A program made the position numbers and the translations under genes. Source: Vicugna vicugna (Eukaryota). From it: a stretch of 64,000 bases of DNA. The first letter of the stretch is position 1. Each line of letters begins with the position of its first letter. The DNA is taken from NCBI GenBank assembly GCA_013265495.1, contig MU058054.1:496001-560000 (forward strand), given 5' to 3'. Shown here one piece after another: positions 23,651-36,320 of this stretch. The notes below the pieces were generated by a model. The model made no database searches and was not told the DNA's origin. It saw only the letters and a program-made list of their open reading frames with translations.

Positions 23651-26600
23651 GACAACCAATCTTGAGATGTGAACCCTACAGTATTAGCCAACTAACTTAG
23701 GATCCTTCCTACTTGTGAATAGCAGATCCCATCGAACAGCAAATGTCTAGTAACTAGCTGAAAACCCTGCCGGGCTGCAACAGCATCCTTTGCCCATCAA
23801 CATAAACAAGGAGGCACACCTACTTTACAGCTAGTGTCAGGGAAAAGAGAAAGAAAAAGTAAATCTGATTGAGAGAATCATGAGAATCACATGAACACTA
23901 CCGACCATCTTGTTCTGTTAAAGCAAATAAAGTGGGGCTATCATAACGACAAAGGGCTAAAAAGTTTGAAAACCACTCTCTACTGGTCTTTTCTAAGCAG
24001 GCACATTTAATTTTATGTGTATTTGCTAGCTGTATTTTAAGTGATGATTTATTTCAAAACGACCCTGTCTTATTCTCAACATTTTGCGTTACCCTAAAGA
24101 AGGTTTCAAAAGAAAACGGGAGTTTATGTCTCTTGATGATGATCTTTTCTTGATCCTTTTCTTCTCCTTCCTTGCAGTAAATCAAAGAAATGGCAAGCCA
24201 AAAACATAAATGAGCAGCTACAACGTGCCAGGAGAATAAAGATCATAAATTCTTGACTTTAGGAAGATTATAATCTGTAACAAGGGTAAAGACAAACCTA
24301 AAAGACTAACTATTCAGAGCACTTACAGTACGAGAAAAGGGCCAGACAAAAGACATAAATGAGGGAACAGTAGTTTGTAACTCAGGAGGCAGCAAAAGCA
24401 CAGTCCTGGTTTAGACAGAAACTTCACAGATGAGGGGAAACCTGGGCTGGGAGCTGGGAGAGAGGATTCAAGCAGCAAGAGCTCCTGCACAATCTTCCCC
24501 AGACTGGGGGCTGTGTCACCAAGGAAGAAGAGAAACACAGAAAGCTGAAAAACGCAAAACCCAAACGCCTCTGCCCGTGAAGACCAGCGAGGCCTCCTTC
24601 ACACCACAGCCAGTCCCTCATCATTCAGATGAAGGACACAGGGCTGGAGAAACCCAGGGCCCTGCCCCAGGGAGTCCGAGCCACTTGATGGAGCTGTGAT
24701 CTGAGCCCTCAACTGCTGACTCCAAGTCCACAACACCTCAGCTACAGTTAACTCGGGGACTACAGACTGCTTCTGGCTTCTGCGTCTGGTTCCACCACAA
24801 AGTAGCTGTGTGGCTTCGGCATTTTCCCCGTCCGGGGTTCAAGCTTCCTCACTTGAAAACTGGAGTGAGGAGAGTGATCTCAGATGCAGGGGAACATTCC
24901 GGGTTTCACCTGGCTTTAAATTTTAAGGTTCCAAGCCAAAGATGCTGAGATGCACCTGTTGGTTTTTTGCCAATTTCTTGATGACAAGATCAGGTAAACC
25001 TGGAGAAGAGACGGCAGGAGTCTTCCAGGATTTGAGCTCACGGTTCAAAGAACTTGACAGACAGCATGGCACCTGCTGTCAAGAGCCCTTCATCAGGCCT
25101 GCCAGACATAGCAAGCCCCACCTGGGTTTACCTGAGCAAGCACGTGCGAATGCTCTAGACGGTGCGACCACTTGTGCAAAGTTTACTTTTAGGCCAGTCA
25201 TCCGTGAGCCAAGGTACAAGAGAGCTTGCACGAGAAGCAGAAGGCCAGGCCGTGGCCCTTCTGCTGCGTAACAACAGAGCACTTACCACGTGAGGCTGCT
25301 GCGAGTGCTTTATGAGTATCAACTCCAGGAGTTCCCAGAACTCAATGAGGTAGGCACTATTTTTATTCCCTAAACCTTTTTTTTTCCTTCTAACAGATGA
25401 AGAAACTGAAATACAGAAGACACTTGCCCAGATGAGCCTGGTAAGGCTTGCAATCTAAACCCAGTCCGCCTGGCTCCAGAGTTTGTGTTTTTCATCACTG
25501 TACCATTCCACTTAAAATACTGCCTTTTGTTGCCTCAAATGAGTAAAGTGCAAGAAAGCTCATGTCTCTTCTCATCAGGGACACAATCTCACTTACTCCT
25601 TACAAGTCTTTGATGCAGGTCTCATTATCCCTAATTTACAAGTAAGGAAACTGAGACTCGGAGAGGTAGAACGATTTGCCTATTTAGTGGGATGGCTTGC
25701 AATTAAAACTCAACTTTCTTGATTCAAAACCTGTCATGCTGTCCACAAAACCGTAACGGCATATAACCTCTTTAAAGCTCCCCTTACACAAATATTTTAG
25801 GGTCCCATGAAGCATCAGAAACAGAGAGGAAACAGAGGTGTGCACCTCCTCCAGAAGTTTACAATCTAGTGGATGAGGCAGACAAAATTAGCACAAAACC
25901 CATGTACTTGGCTGCAGGAACAGAGAAGAGGGGCGTGTAACCAAGGCCAACCCAGAGGAAAAGTGAAGCTGGGCTTTGAAGGACAGATAGGAGTTGTCCA
26001 ACTGAAGAAAGAGGCCAATTGGAGATGGCCTGGGCACCTGAGAGAACTCAAGGTTAATTCTACGTACCTGGAGCACAGGATGCTCAAGGGGGTGTAGTGA
26101 GAGATGAAACTGGTGCCAGACAGGCACCAGCCAATCCAGATGTGCCTAGAGGACCATGCCAAGGAGTTCCGGCCTCACCATGAAGCGAGATCCTCGTGCG
26201 TGTGAGTGTGTGGAGAGCTCTGGATACAAAGAGAAGGATGGCATATGTGTACAAGATTGGAGGCTGCTGGTTTACTCCAGCCTCTGCACTCCTGGCCCAG
26301 ACACCCAAAAATGCGTGTGGTCTGGTTGCTCAGTAACATCCAGAACTCAAATTGAAGGTACAAGGATCAAATTTTGATTGAGTAACCTATCACAATCAAC
26401 AACCACATCACAGATCCTCCTCTTCCCCAAAACGTCCACCTTATCCTGCAGGGAAGCACCACTCTAGTTCTGGTACTTGCAACGCAATCCTTGGCACATC
26501 AGCTCTGCCTTTGACAGCTCAGTGATTCAGTACAAAAAATGGGCACAATGCACTCTGTCTCAAGTAAACGCTAAAAGATAAGACATGGCGCGGCAGTGTG

Positions 26601-27408
26601 TGGGGATAAACACGAAGTAAGGAAATCTGAGTTCTGGTACTGACTCTTCCACTCAAAAGCAACATGGCTTTGGAAAAGCCATTTCACCTCTCTGCTTCTC
26701 CGTAACCATCTGCAAACAAAAAAAAGATCAGAGGGCTCAAAAGGCCACCTCCAAGGTTATACTCAACTGTAACACACCATGATTTTCTCTGAAATACATT
26801 CTAAATATTTATTATGAAAGTCAGACTATATTTTTGACTCTTAAGATGCACATTTCCCCTTCTATTTTAACATCCCTGAAACTGGGTTTTGTACAATGTG
26901 TGGCATGTCACAGATAATCTTTCTTAGTGGTATATACAATATCTTAAAACCTATGACATCTTAGGTTTGCTGAAATATGATTGATTAGAGTTGCCCTGTT
27001 TCCCTTTCCCACTAGTCACCAAGTTCAGGGAACTCAGTAGAAACATGGCTGGATTCTGGCCAGGGGCATTCCACAAAACACTTGAGAAAAACTCTCTTCT
27101 AGATTCAGCATTTTGTATCCCAATTAGTTGCTTCTATGTGTTATGTCCCAGTCCAGTCTGTGAGCTCTTTGAGGGCAGGGGTTCAACCCGATTCACCTCT
27201 ACTCCCCCAGGGACCTGCACATTTATCAGACTTCTGTCCATGCAAATAATCGATGTTTGTGGCTAAAGCAATAAAACTGCCCCAACATGAGGCCAGCATG
27301 GCCACTAGCTCAGGCCACCAAGGTAAGATTCAATGATCAAGGTGCTGACTACCCCACAAATCCCTGCGCCCCCCTCGCTGGGACTGCCACACTGAGATTA
27401 GCACTCAC

Positions 27409-27543
27409 CAGCACGTCCCTGAAGAGTAGCTGCGGCCCGGAGTGCACTGTCCAGTCCACCGCTCCACTATTTGGAATCTTGATGCGAATCACCAGCACCT
27501 GGTTCTCCATGGCATGGAAGGGACCAAGGACCAGCCACAGCAT
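27409..27543 (-). CDS. MAP2K5: MAP2K5 (MEK5) coding exon 1, start of PB1 domain: MLWLVLGPFHAMENQVLVIRIKIPNSGAVDWTVHSGPQLLFRDVL
   Basis: ATG at 27543-27541; 135 nt; peptide matches the known MEK5 N-terminus; ends at CTG|gtgagt donor (27408). Confidence 0.97.
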
Positions 27544-27549
27544 TACAGG

Positions 27550-28500
27550 TTAAAGGGGCTCACATCCTGGTAGGGGGTACCCACTGGCCCCTGGTTAGGC
27601 GGGGGCTCCAAGAGGTGACAAGGGGACCGAGGGTCCGAAGACAGAGAGGGAGGGGCGGCGAAGAGAGGAGGTGGTCCGGAAGCGGCCCGCAGGCCCCCAG
27701 CCAGGCCCAGGCTGTGTGGGGCGGAGGGATGTCTCCCCGGGAGCGTGGACGGGGCGAGGGGCAGGAGCCAGTAGGAACTAGCGGAGGTCAGAAGGTTCTG
27801 GAGTTAGGAACAGGGCAAACCGGATCGTGCAGCAATCCGCCGTCTGTGTGGGCGTGAGGAGATGGCACAGAGAAGACTCCCCGTTTGGGGGAGACAGCGG
27901 CAGGTGTCCACTCCTCCTTAGAAGGAGCGGGGGGGTCCCCGACTTGAGGGGACTGAGTCTGGGGCTGTTCGGCAGGAGCCCTGGGGCCGCGGGAAAGCCG
28001 AGGGGCGCCCTCAGCAGGAGGGTCGGGAGGGGGTCCTTGGCCTCAACCCTGAGCCAGAGTGCGCGGCGCGCGCGGTTCAGCCGTGGGCACCCGAGGCCGT
28101 GCGTCCCGGCGGCGGCGGCGGCGGCAGGAGGGGGAAGGCGACGGCGCGGACACTGTTACTCCGGAACCAAAACGCGCAGCGCCGGAACCCCGGGAGCCGG
28201 CGAGGGGACCCGCCTCCCGCGGCGCCATGTTGGAAGAGGGCAGCGCCCGGCCATGCCCGCCCCCGCCCCGCCCCGCCCCGCCCCGCCCCTACCGGAGCCT
28301 GAGGGAGGGGACCGGCCGGGCTGCTCGTTCCCGAGACCGCCGTCGCCAAGTGACCGCCCGCGGCCACCGAGTGACGACCCTTTCCTTTCCCGACCCTCAT
28401 TAAAGTCAGCGAGGTGGAAACATCTGACAAACGAAGGAGGAAACGGAACGAGGGCAGGGATCCTCCAAAAGCCGATTGGTGGCTTCAGATGCGTAAGGTT
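27550..28500 (-). promoter_or_regulatory. MAP2K5: MAP2K5 CpG-island promoter and 5' UTR
   Basis: GC/CpG-rich; tandem GGGGC/Sp1 boxes ~28256-28289; YY1-like CAACATGGCGCC ~28221-28232 (- strand); CCAAT (attgg) at 28475-28479; directly upstream of exon 1 CDS. Confidence 0.88.
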
Positions 28501-29539
28501 TGCCTTTACAGAAGGCTGAGAGGATGGAACGGCAGCTCTCCTTTATCCCTGCTAGTCTGGCCCTGCACCTAAATGTTCGTGGGGGTTTGTGCATCAAATC
28601 ATCAAGAGCACGGGTGCCTTTTTCTTTTCCTTATTCCAAGTCACAGATCCAGAGATCATCATCTTTCTCCCCAACGAGCAAAGGGAGTATGGATTTTTTT
28701 CAGTAAGGTCCTTCATCCCACCGTTGCCCTAAAATAGTAAACAGCCCCCTATTTAAAAGCAACAGTACATAAGTCCAGTGGAGTTTAACTGCCTGGGGAC
28801 AGCTGCAGTAGTGGCATCGTCTTTTCTTATTAAACCGTTGCAAAAAATATCCGGTCTAGTCCGTAAGTTGTCAACTAGATAGCCATTTTACCTAATCAGT
28901 GATGTCACAGGCAGTAGCAATAACCCTTGGTTATTTTTAAGTGACTTGTTAACCTCAGATTTTTAAATGCATAATTTTGTTGATCTATGATGTAGAAGTT
29001 TGTTTACAAATTGCAACGCGTGGGTTCGTCCTTTATCTCTTTCTAAGAAAATTGCACACACCGCTTTACTTTGGGGGACTGAATTTTGTATAAATTCGCT
29101 GCGGGATGAATGTCATTTTTCTCTCTGATAGTCAAATAGTTGATTAATATGAGAAAAAATAATTTAAATATTGGTCAGTTTGGGTATAATACCAATTTTT
29201 TTCTGCATATTGTTTCTGCCTGCTTTCGTTTTATATTTAATTTGAAAGTCCATTGTAGAAGACAAATTATCTCTTTTCAGTTATTGTAAATTAATGGCTT
29301 AGGTAGGAATTCATTTAGTCAGATACTCCACATAGTGTAGGAATTGCCCCTTTCCACCTGCACTTCAGTCCTGTGAAAAATAAACCATCTGCTCAAGGTC
29401 CCCGTGCACTTTTTATTGCAAGTTCATTTCCTATTATTTGAGAAAATAGACCACAAAACTAGAGATTTTCCATGAAGCCTGATTTGTTAAAATGGCTTTT
29501 TTATTCATAGTACTATGGGGAAAACCAACTCAATTTGTA

Positions 29540-29910
29540 CTTTCAATTCTTTTGGACATATACCCACAAGTAGAATTGCTGAATCATATAATAATTCTGT
29601 TTTTCACCTGTTTGAGGAGCTGCCATTTTCCACGATGGCCACACTATTTTGCATTCCCACCAATAGCCCAAGGATTCCAGTTTCTCCACATCTTCACCAA
29701 CAATTGTTATTCTCTGTATTTTTGTTAGAAGCCATCCTAGTGGGAGTGAGGTGATACCTGATTGTGGTTTTGATTTGCATTTCCCTAGTGATCAGTGATG
29801 TTCACCATCTTTTCCTATGTCTGTTGGCCATTTGTTTATCTTCTTTGAAGAATTGTCTGTTCAAGTCCTTTGCCCATTTTCAGTTGGGTGATATATCTTT
29901 TTTGTTGTAA
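29540..29910 (-). mobile_element. L1M ORF2-end fragment
   Basis: ttttgatttgcatttccctagtgatcagtgatg, ttcaagtcctttgcccatttt. Confidence 0.8.
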
Positions 29911-29999
29911 AGTGATTTTTTAATGAGACAAATTAACATTTTAGTGTTACACCTTCAGAGAATTCATCTCGTTTTACCTTACTCCCAACCTTGAGTCCT

Positions 30000-30735
30000 T
30001 AACCCAGAATGTGATCCCTTCCCACCACTTCACAGGTAACGATCCCAGTCCAAACTATCATTATATTTATATTTCTCTCTCAAACTTCTGTTTCCATTCT
30101 TGCCCCTGCTACCAACAGTCAACCCAACTGCCAGCGTTAGATTAAGTCACTCCTGTGGTTGAAACCCTGCTGATGGCTTCCTAACTTGTGCAGGATAAAA
30201 ACTAAAGTCTTTTCCTTGACCTACAAAACTCCATACATTCTGCCCTCCTTGCCATCTGGCCTTATGATCTCTCAAACCTCGTTCACACCAGCCTCCTTCT
30301 TACTGTTCCTTGAACATTTCAGCATCCCACCTCAGAGCCTTTGCATTTGCCATTTCCATTGCCTGGAATCCTCTTACCCTTGCTATCCACACGGCTCATT
30401 CCCTCACATTCTGCAGATCTTAACTTAAAAATCACCTTCTTGTTGAGGCCTTCCCTTAGCACACTACTGAGAAGCATCCCCAAAGCCACCCTGCCCACAG
30501 GTGCAAGCACGCAGGTGTGCACGATTCCTGGCCCCCGTCCCTAGCTTACTTTTCTCCTGGCACTCATCACTATATGTTGTGCCACACGTGTCACTCATGT
30601 GTTTGTCTCCCCACTGAACTGTAACTTCATGATGGGAGGGAACTGTATGTGTTTTATTCATCGCCACATCCCTCATACCTAAAATAGTACCTGGGACACA
30701 GTAGGCACTTTAGTAATGTTGATTGAATGAATGAG
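30000..30735 (+). mobile_element. L2 3' end; its distal part forms the left arm of the inverted repeat
   Basis: cctcagagcctttgcatttgcc..ctggaat, cctgggacacagtaggcact..ttgattgaatgaatga tail. Confidence 0.75.
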
Positions 30736-32024
30736 TGGATTTTGAAGGCAAAGTGCATTGAGTAATGGGAATGCAATTACCATGAGCATCTCCTGCCTGT
30801 CCTGAGTCTCATTTGTACCTTTGCCTTTCCTCCACCACCACCATCACCACCATCCAGACTGAGACAATATCCATTATAGACTCTCACTGAACTGCAAACT
30901 TTGTAACAAATATTGACTGCCTCGTATGTTCAAGAATTCCACTTGTCTCTTTCAGTGCCTTTGTGAGTCTTCACATCTAACATTCAAATACTTGTTGGTT
31001 AATTTTGATTTAAAAGAATATGATGAGAATAGAGGAAGAAAACAGTAACTTTCTAATGGAGACGCCTGGCAGACACCATCCTAACCAAGTGATGAAGGTT
31101 AACATCACCAGTGATAAGTCAATTTGTTGTTGCGTGCTCTCTGATGTGATGCAGTAGGAATGGCACTTAACCTCTGTGGTCTTCTTCCCAAAACTCATAA
31201 CCCCAAACTAATTAGGAGAAAATGTCAGACAAACCCAAATTGAGGGATATTCTCCAAGGTACCTCACAAGTACTCTTCAAAACTGTCAAGATCATTAAAA
31301 AAAAAAAGAAACTGTCACAGACCTGAGGAGACTACAAAAGACACAAGAGACCTGATGATTAAATGTAATGGATCGCCAATGAAATCCTGAAACAGAAAAA
31401 GGACAGTGATGAAAAACTGGTGAAATCCAAATAAAGTCTGGAGTTTTATTAGTAATAAGGTACCAGTGTTGACTTCCTAGTTTCGATATGTGTACACTGA
31501 TTATGTAAGATGCTAATGTTAGGGGAATCTGTGTGAGGGTACTTGGGAACTCTCTGTACTGTACTGCAACTTTTCTGTAAAACTAAAATTATTGCAAAAT
31601 TAAAAGCTTTTTAAAACTGCCTTGCATTTCGACACGTTTACAATAATGTCTGCGGTTCAGTGGAAGTCTATAATGGTTGTTGTCTCAGTCTGCATGGTGG
31701 TGATGGTGTTGGTGGTGGTGGTGGAGGAAAGGCAAAGGTGCAATTGAGACTCAGGACAGGAAATGCTCATGGTAATTGCATTCCCATTACTCAATGCACT
31801 TTGCCTTCAGAATCCACTCATTCAATCAACATTACTAAAGTGCCTACTGTGTGCCAGGTACTATTTTAGGTATGAGGGATGTGGCGATGAATAAAACACA
31901 TACAGTTCCCTCCCGTCATGAAGTTATAGTTTAGTGGGGAGATAAACACATGAGTGAGACGTGTGGCACAGCATATGGTGATGAGTGCCAGGAGAAAAGT
32001 AAGCTAGGGACGGGGACCAGGAAT
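30524..32024. repeat. Long inverted repeat: arms ~30524-30907 and ~31636-32024, ~730 bp spacer
   Basis: Manual reverse-complement alignment gives about 20 substitutions and a few short indels over ~385 bp. Confidence 0.95.
31010..31615 (+). mobile_element. L1MC/L1MD 3' UTR fragment in the inverted-repeat spacer
   Basis: aaacagtaacttt..cctggcagacacc..ggttaacatcaccagtgataagtca..cagacaaacccaaattgaggga..gcaacttttctgtaaa. Confidence 0.75.
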
Positions 32025-35000
32025 TCTAAAAAGATATAATTTCCAGTAGCAATAATGACTAAACAATAAACTTAAGCATTTTCCTCATGTTGCTTAATAT
32101 CCATTAGTTTAAAAAAGGAGACGGTGAAGAAGCATGGACAGAAGTGATCAGGGACAAACCCTTGAAAGTGTGACAGGGAACTCTGCTCTTTTCTGTTGTG
32201 GTGGGAATGGAAAAGGACAGTGGGAGCAGGTCCAGCACCCAGGCAGCAGCAGAAACAACAGTTCAACAGATACTCATGGAGCACGTACTGTGTACCAGGT
32301 ACTATGGACTTTAGATGCTCTGAAATGAATTAATGCATTAATTTCTAAGGGCACTAGGTTTGATTTCTACCTAACACATTTTCCTTTAGGTAGAGTTCCT
32401 ACAGATTACTTAAGCTTATTTCCCTCTTTTCATTGTGCAAACGTATCTATATTATTTTCTTTATAATAACTAACAAAATATATATCCCACGTTTTTGTGG
32501 CACTTTACAGCTCACAAAACACTTCTCCCTACGTTATCCTGTGCATCATAGCAAAGGACAGAGTAATGATTCAGAACATGGACTCTGGAGACAGACTGCA
32601 GGGACTGGAATAACACTCACCATGCATGACCCTGGGCAAGACTTCTTGGTTTCCACAGCCAAAAAATGGGAACAAAAACAGTGCCTAACTCACAGAGTTG
32701 TTATGAGAGGATTAAGTAAGTTAGAATATGTAAAGTGCTTAGTCTAGGACCTGGCACAAGGTACACTTTGCAAGTGTTAGATAAACTCCTTATTGCATAC
32801 GAGACGCTAAGAAAGCTCTAATTTTTCTCATTCAATCAGTATTGGTACAGCAAGAACTTAAACCGTATTTTTCATCTTCAAAACAAGGTTCTTTGTATCA
32901 CATACATAATGGAACAGCAGTAAACACCGAACTAAATCGCACATAGGTATGCAAGAATGGTAATAAAATTTCAGAGTTAAAGGAAACTTACAAAATCACC
33001 AACCTAATCCTCTGCCCAATTCAAGCATTCTCTCCACATTTACCTGAGGAATTGTCATTCAGCCTCTGGACATCTCCAGTAACAGGACTCACTGCCTCAA
33101 GAGATAAGCCATCCCATTCTTTGCCAATTCAATTAAAACATTTTTCTTGTCTCCTTGTTACTAATGTACTATTTCTAGTTCTGTTTAAAGAGAGCATGTC
33201 CAATTGATCCTAGTATTTTGTGTTTAATATTTCACTTCATGTACTTCTACACATCGTTCTATTTGACTTTAAAATAGCAAATTCCTGCGTGAGAAAAGAG
33301 TTGGCACCTTTTGAAATGCCTTAAAAGGCTAATGTAACAAAATTCTAATCTTTTATTTTGCAGAATGCATAGAACAGTGTAAATGCGTTTATTACATCTG
33401 AGATAATATTTCCACACTTGTTGCTGTTTTATAAGGAATCCATATGATTTCCAATTAAAGTATCCTTTTCTTAAAGCTCTTTAAGATGAAGGCAAGTTTC
33501 CTTTTTAATTTTGAATTATCACATGTTCATTTGACATAGAGCCTTCATTGTATGACGAATACCAGAAACACAAAAATCAGTAACACGCGGTTCTCATTCT
33601 GCTGTGTACAGAAGTGGTATTTTTCAGTATGGCTTGAAGGGACCCTGTATGTAGGTTCAGAATTACTAGATTTTGTTGACAGGTAAAATTACTAAAATTT
33701 GTCTTCAGCATGGTCAATGCAAAAAGATTTGTAGGATTGAATGAATTTTGATTTTTAAATTAAAAGTAAGTCCTACTGTTTAGATTTTTATTCACACTTG
33801 GAAATTCGTGGTTCCTTCATTTTATAAAATTCAGAGGTTTGAAAGCATAAGAAACTAAAATTTTGGCTTTATCTCATAGTCAGAGCCTTAACACCATGTG
33901 TAAAGAAATATTGCAAGATAATCTCCTACCTTTTTGAATTCTTTTCATCCAATTCATAAACGTATACATTTTTTGAAATAAAAATATCCGTTTTGTTAAA
34001 TGGAATTTTAAATTTGTATCTATTTATTATAGTATTGATTTTTATTTTGTATATTTTAATTCTTCCTTTAGAGTTTAGGTAGACAACTTTTTAGATCTGA
34101 TTTTAAATTATGCATTTATATGAAAATAGAGTAAAATGAATCACTTGTGGTTAATAAATTCAATGTTCTGTTTGTTAGAAAAGATTGTTATAAAATCACT
34201 GATACATTCTAGCAGAAGCAGTAAAGGTTATGTCAAATAACTACTAAAAAAAAAAATCATACTACATAGTGTTAATGATGTTACCTTAACATACCAGCTT
34301 CAGGGGCTGCATAATTGTTTCTGCCAACCCATAAATTTTTGAGTAACAACAAAATTATTGTGATTTTTCTTACTAAATAATTCATACATTACAAAGCATG
34401 TATGTAACAAGGTCCATGAATCACTAAAGCATATAATGATCATATATCTAATGACATATCTCTTTTCATAAGATGAACTCAAATAGATTTATGTATTTAG
34501 GTTAACTAAAAAATACTGCGTTTATAAGGTTCGTAATTCTATCATCAGCAGCAACAATGTAAAAAAACTTCAGGTTGTCTTTAGGAAGTACATGATTTGC
34601 TTTTAAAAACTGAAAGCTTTTGTTTATCAAAATCCTTGTTTAAGCTACTTTTCATGAAGTTTTACAGCTTTTAAATTGATACTATAAATATCACTGAAGA
34701 TAAATTAATAATATAATGGAGTGGTACAATGTTCATAAACTGTATTTAAAATGATATAAGTGCAAAGAAAATAGCTATAAGCAATACTATATACAATCTC
34801 ATTCTAGTAGTAGCTGATACTCTGTATCCAGCAACTAGGATCTAAAAAAGGATATTTTCATTTCCTAACATTTTACGTACTTTCCTTTGGTCTTATCTTA
34901 AATAATCTCAAACCAAGTATATCCTTTACTTAGTGCTACCAAAAATGATCCCAAATGAGATTTCATCTCCTTGATTAAAACTAGGATTCATATTAAAATG

Positions 35001-35154
35001 TTTAAAATTCCAAGAATACAACATACAAAGTGTTAAATTAACATTTCACCTCTTTTAATTTCTAGCGTTTTTCTAAACTTAGTTATTTTCTATAGAAATC
35101 ATGCAATCAGTTGTGTTTTATCATAGTAATATTGAATCCTTCACTAATTTTTAT

Positions 35155-36320
35155 AAATTATTTTTATATACGGTAAAATACACATCACATACAATTTACC
35201 ATGTTAACCATTTTTAAGTGTACAGTTCATGTTAAGTAATTCACATTACTGTGTAACTATCAATACCATCCATCTCCAGAATTCTTTGTATCTTGCAAAA
35301 TTGAAACTCTATACCTATTAGATACTAGCTGCCCATTTCCCCTCCCCCTTTACTAATTTTTTAGCAGCTTTATTAAAAGATAATTTACATATCATACAGT
35401 TCTTCTGTTTTGAGTATAGTCAGAGTTGTGCAATCATCACTGCAATCGATTTTAGAACCATTTCATCACCCCAAAAAGAAACCCCATGCCCAGTAACAGT
35501 CATTTCTCATTTCCTCCCAACCTCCCTAGCCCTAGGCAATCACTAATCCACTTTCTATCTCTATAGATTTGCCTATTCTGGACATTCATATAAATGGAAT
35601 CATAGAATATGTGGTCTTTTATGATGGGCTTCTTTCACTTGGCATAATGTTTTCAAGCTTCATCAATGCTGTAGCATGGACCAGTACTTCTGTCCTTTTT
35701 GGGCTGAATAATATTCTCTTGTGTGAATATGCCCATTTTATTTTTATTATCAATTGATATAAAAGTTATTTCCAATTTTTGGCTAGAACAAGTAATATTA
35801 TGGATATTTGTATACAAGTTTTTGTGTGAACATATTTTCAGCTCTCTAGGGTATATACCTAGGAATAGAATTGCTGGGTCATGTGGTAATTCCTTATTTA
35901 ATATTTTGAGGAACCACCAAACTTTTCCGAGTGGTGGCACTATTTAACATTGCCCCACTAGCAATGCCTGAGGGTCCCAATTTCTCCGTATTTCTTGTCA
36001 ACACTTGTTATTATCTGTCCTTTTGATGATTGCCATCCTAGTGGGTATGAAGTATTATCTCACTGTGGTTTTGATTTGCACTTCCGTGATAGTGTTACAC
36101 ATCTTTCATGTTCTCAGTGGCTATTTGTGTAAGTTCTTTGGAGAAATGTCTGTCCAAATCTGTTTTTCAATTGGATTGAGTTATAAGAGTTCTTTATATA
36201 GTCTGGCTACATGTTCCTTTTCAGATATATGATTTGCAAATACTTTCTCTTATTCTGTCAGTTATCTTTTCATTTTCTTGACAGTGTCCTTTGAAACACA
36301 AAAATTTTTAATTTTAATGA
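35155..36320 (-). mobile_element. Two adjacent L1M 3' fragments
   Basis: Two L1 3' starts (~35155, ~35360); ttcatataaatggaatcata, ggaaccaccaaacttttcc, tgatttgcaaatactttctc. Confidence 0.8.

Noticed and set aside
27615..28706. Multiple long overlapping ORFs (e.g. 230 aa at 27827-28519)
   Set aside because: Expected from stop-codon scarcity in a CpG island; low-complexity R/P/G/A composition.
30524..32024. DNA transposon with long TIRs
   Set aside because: Arms derive from L2 plus flanking sequence, the spacer is L1-derived, and I see no transposase or TSD.
35569..36232. ORFs such as MPPLGKVWWFLKILNKELPHDPAI
   Set aside because: Degenerate L1 ORF2 C-terminal sequence and its antisense.
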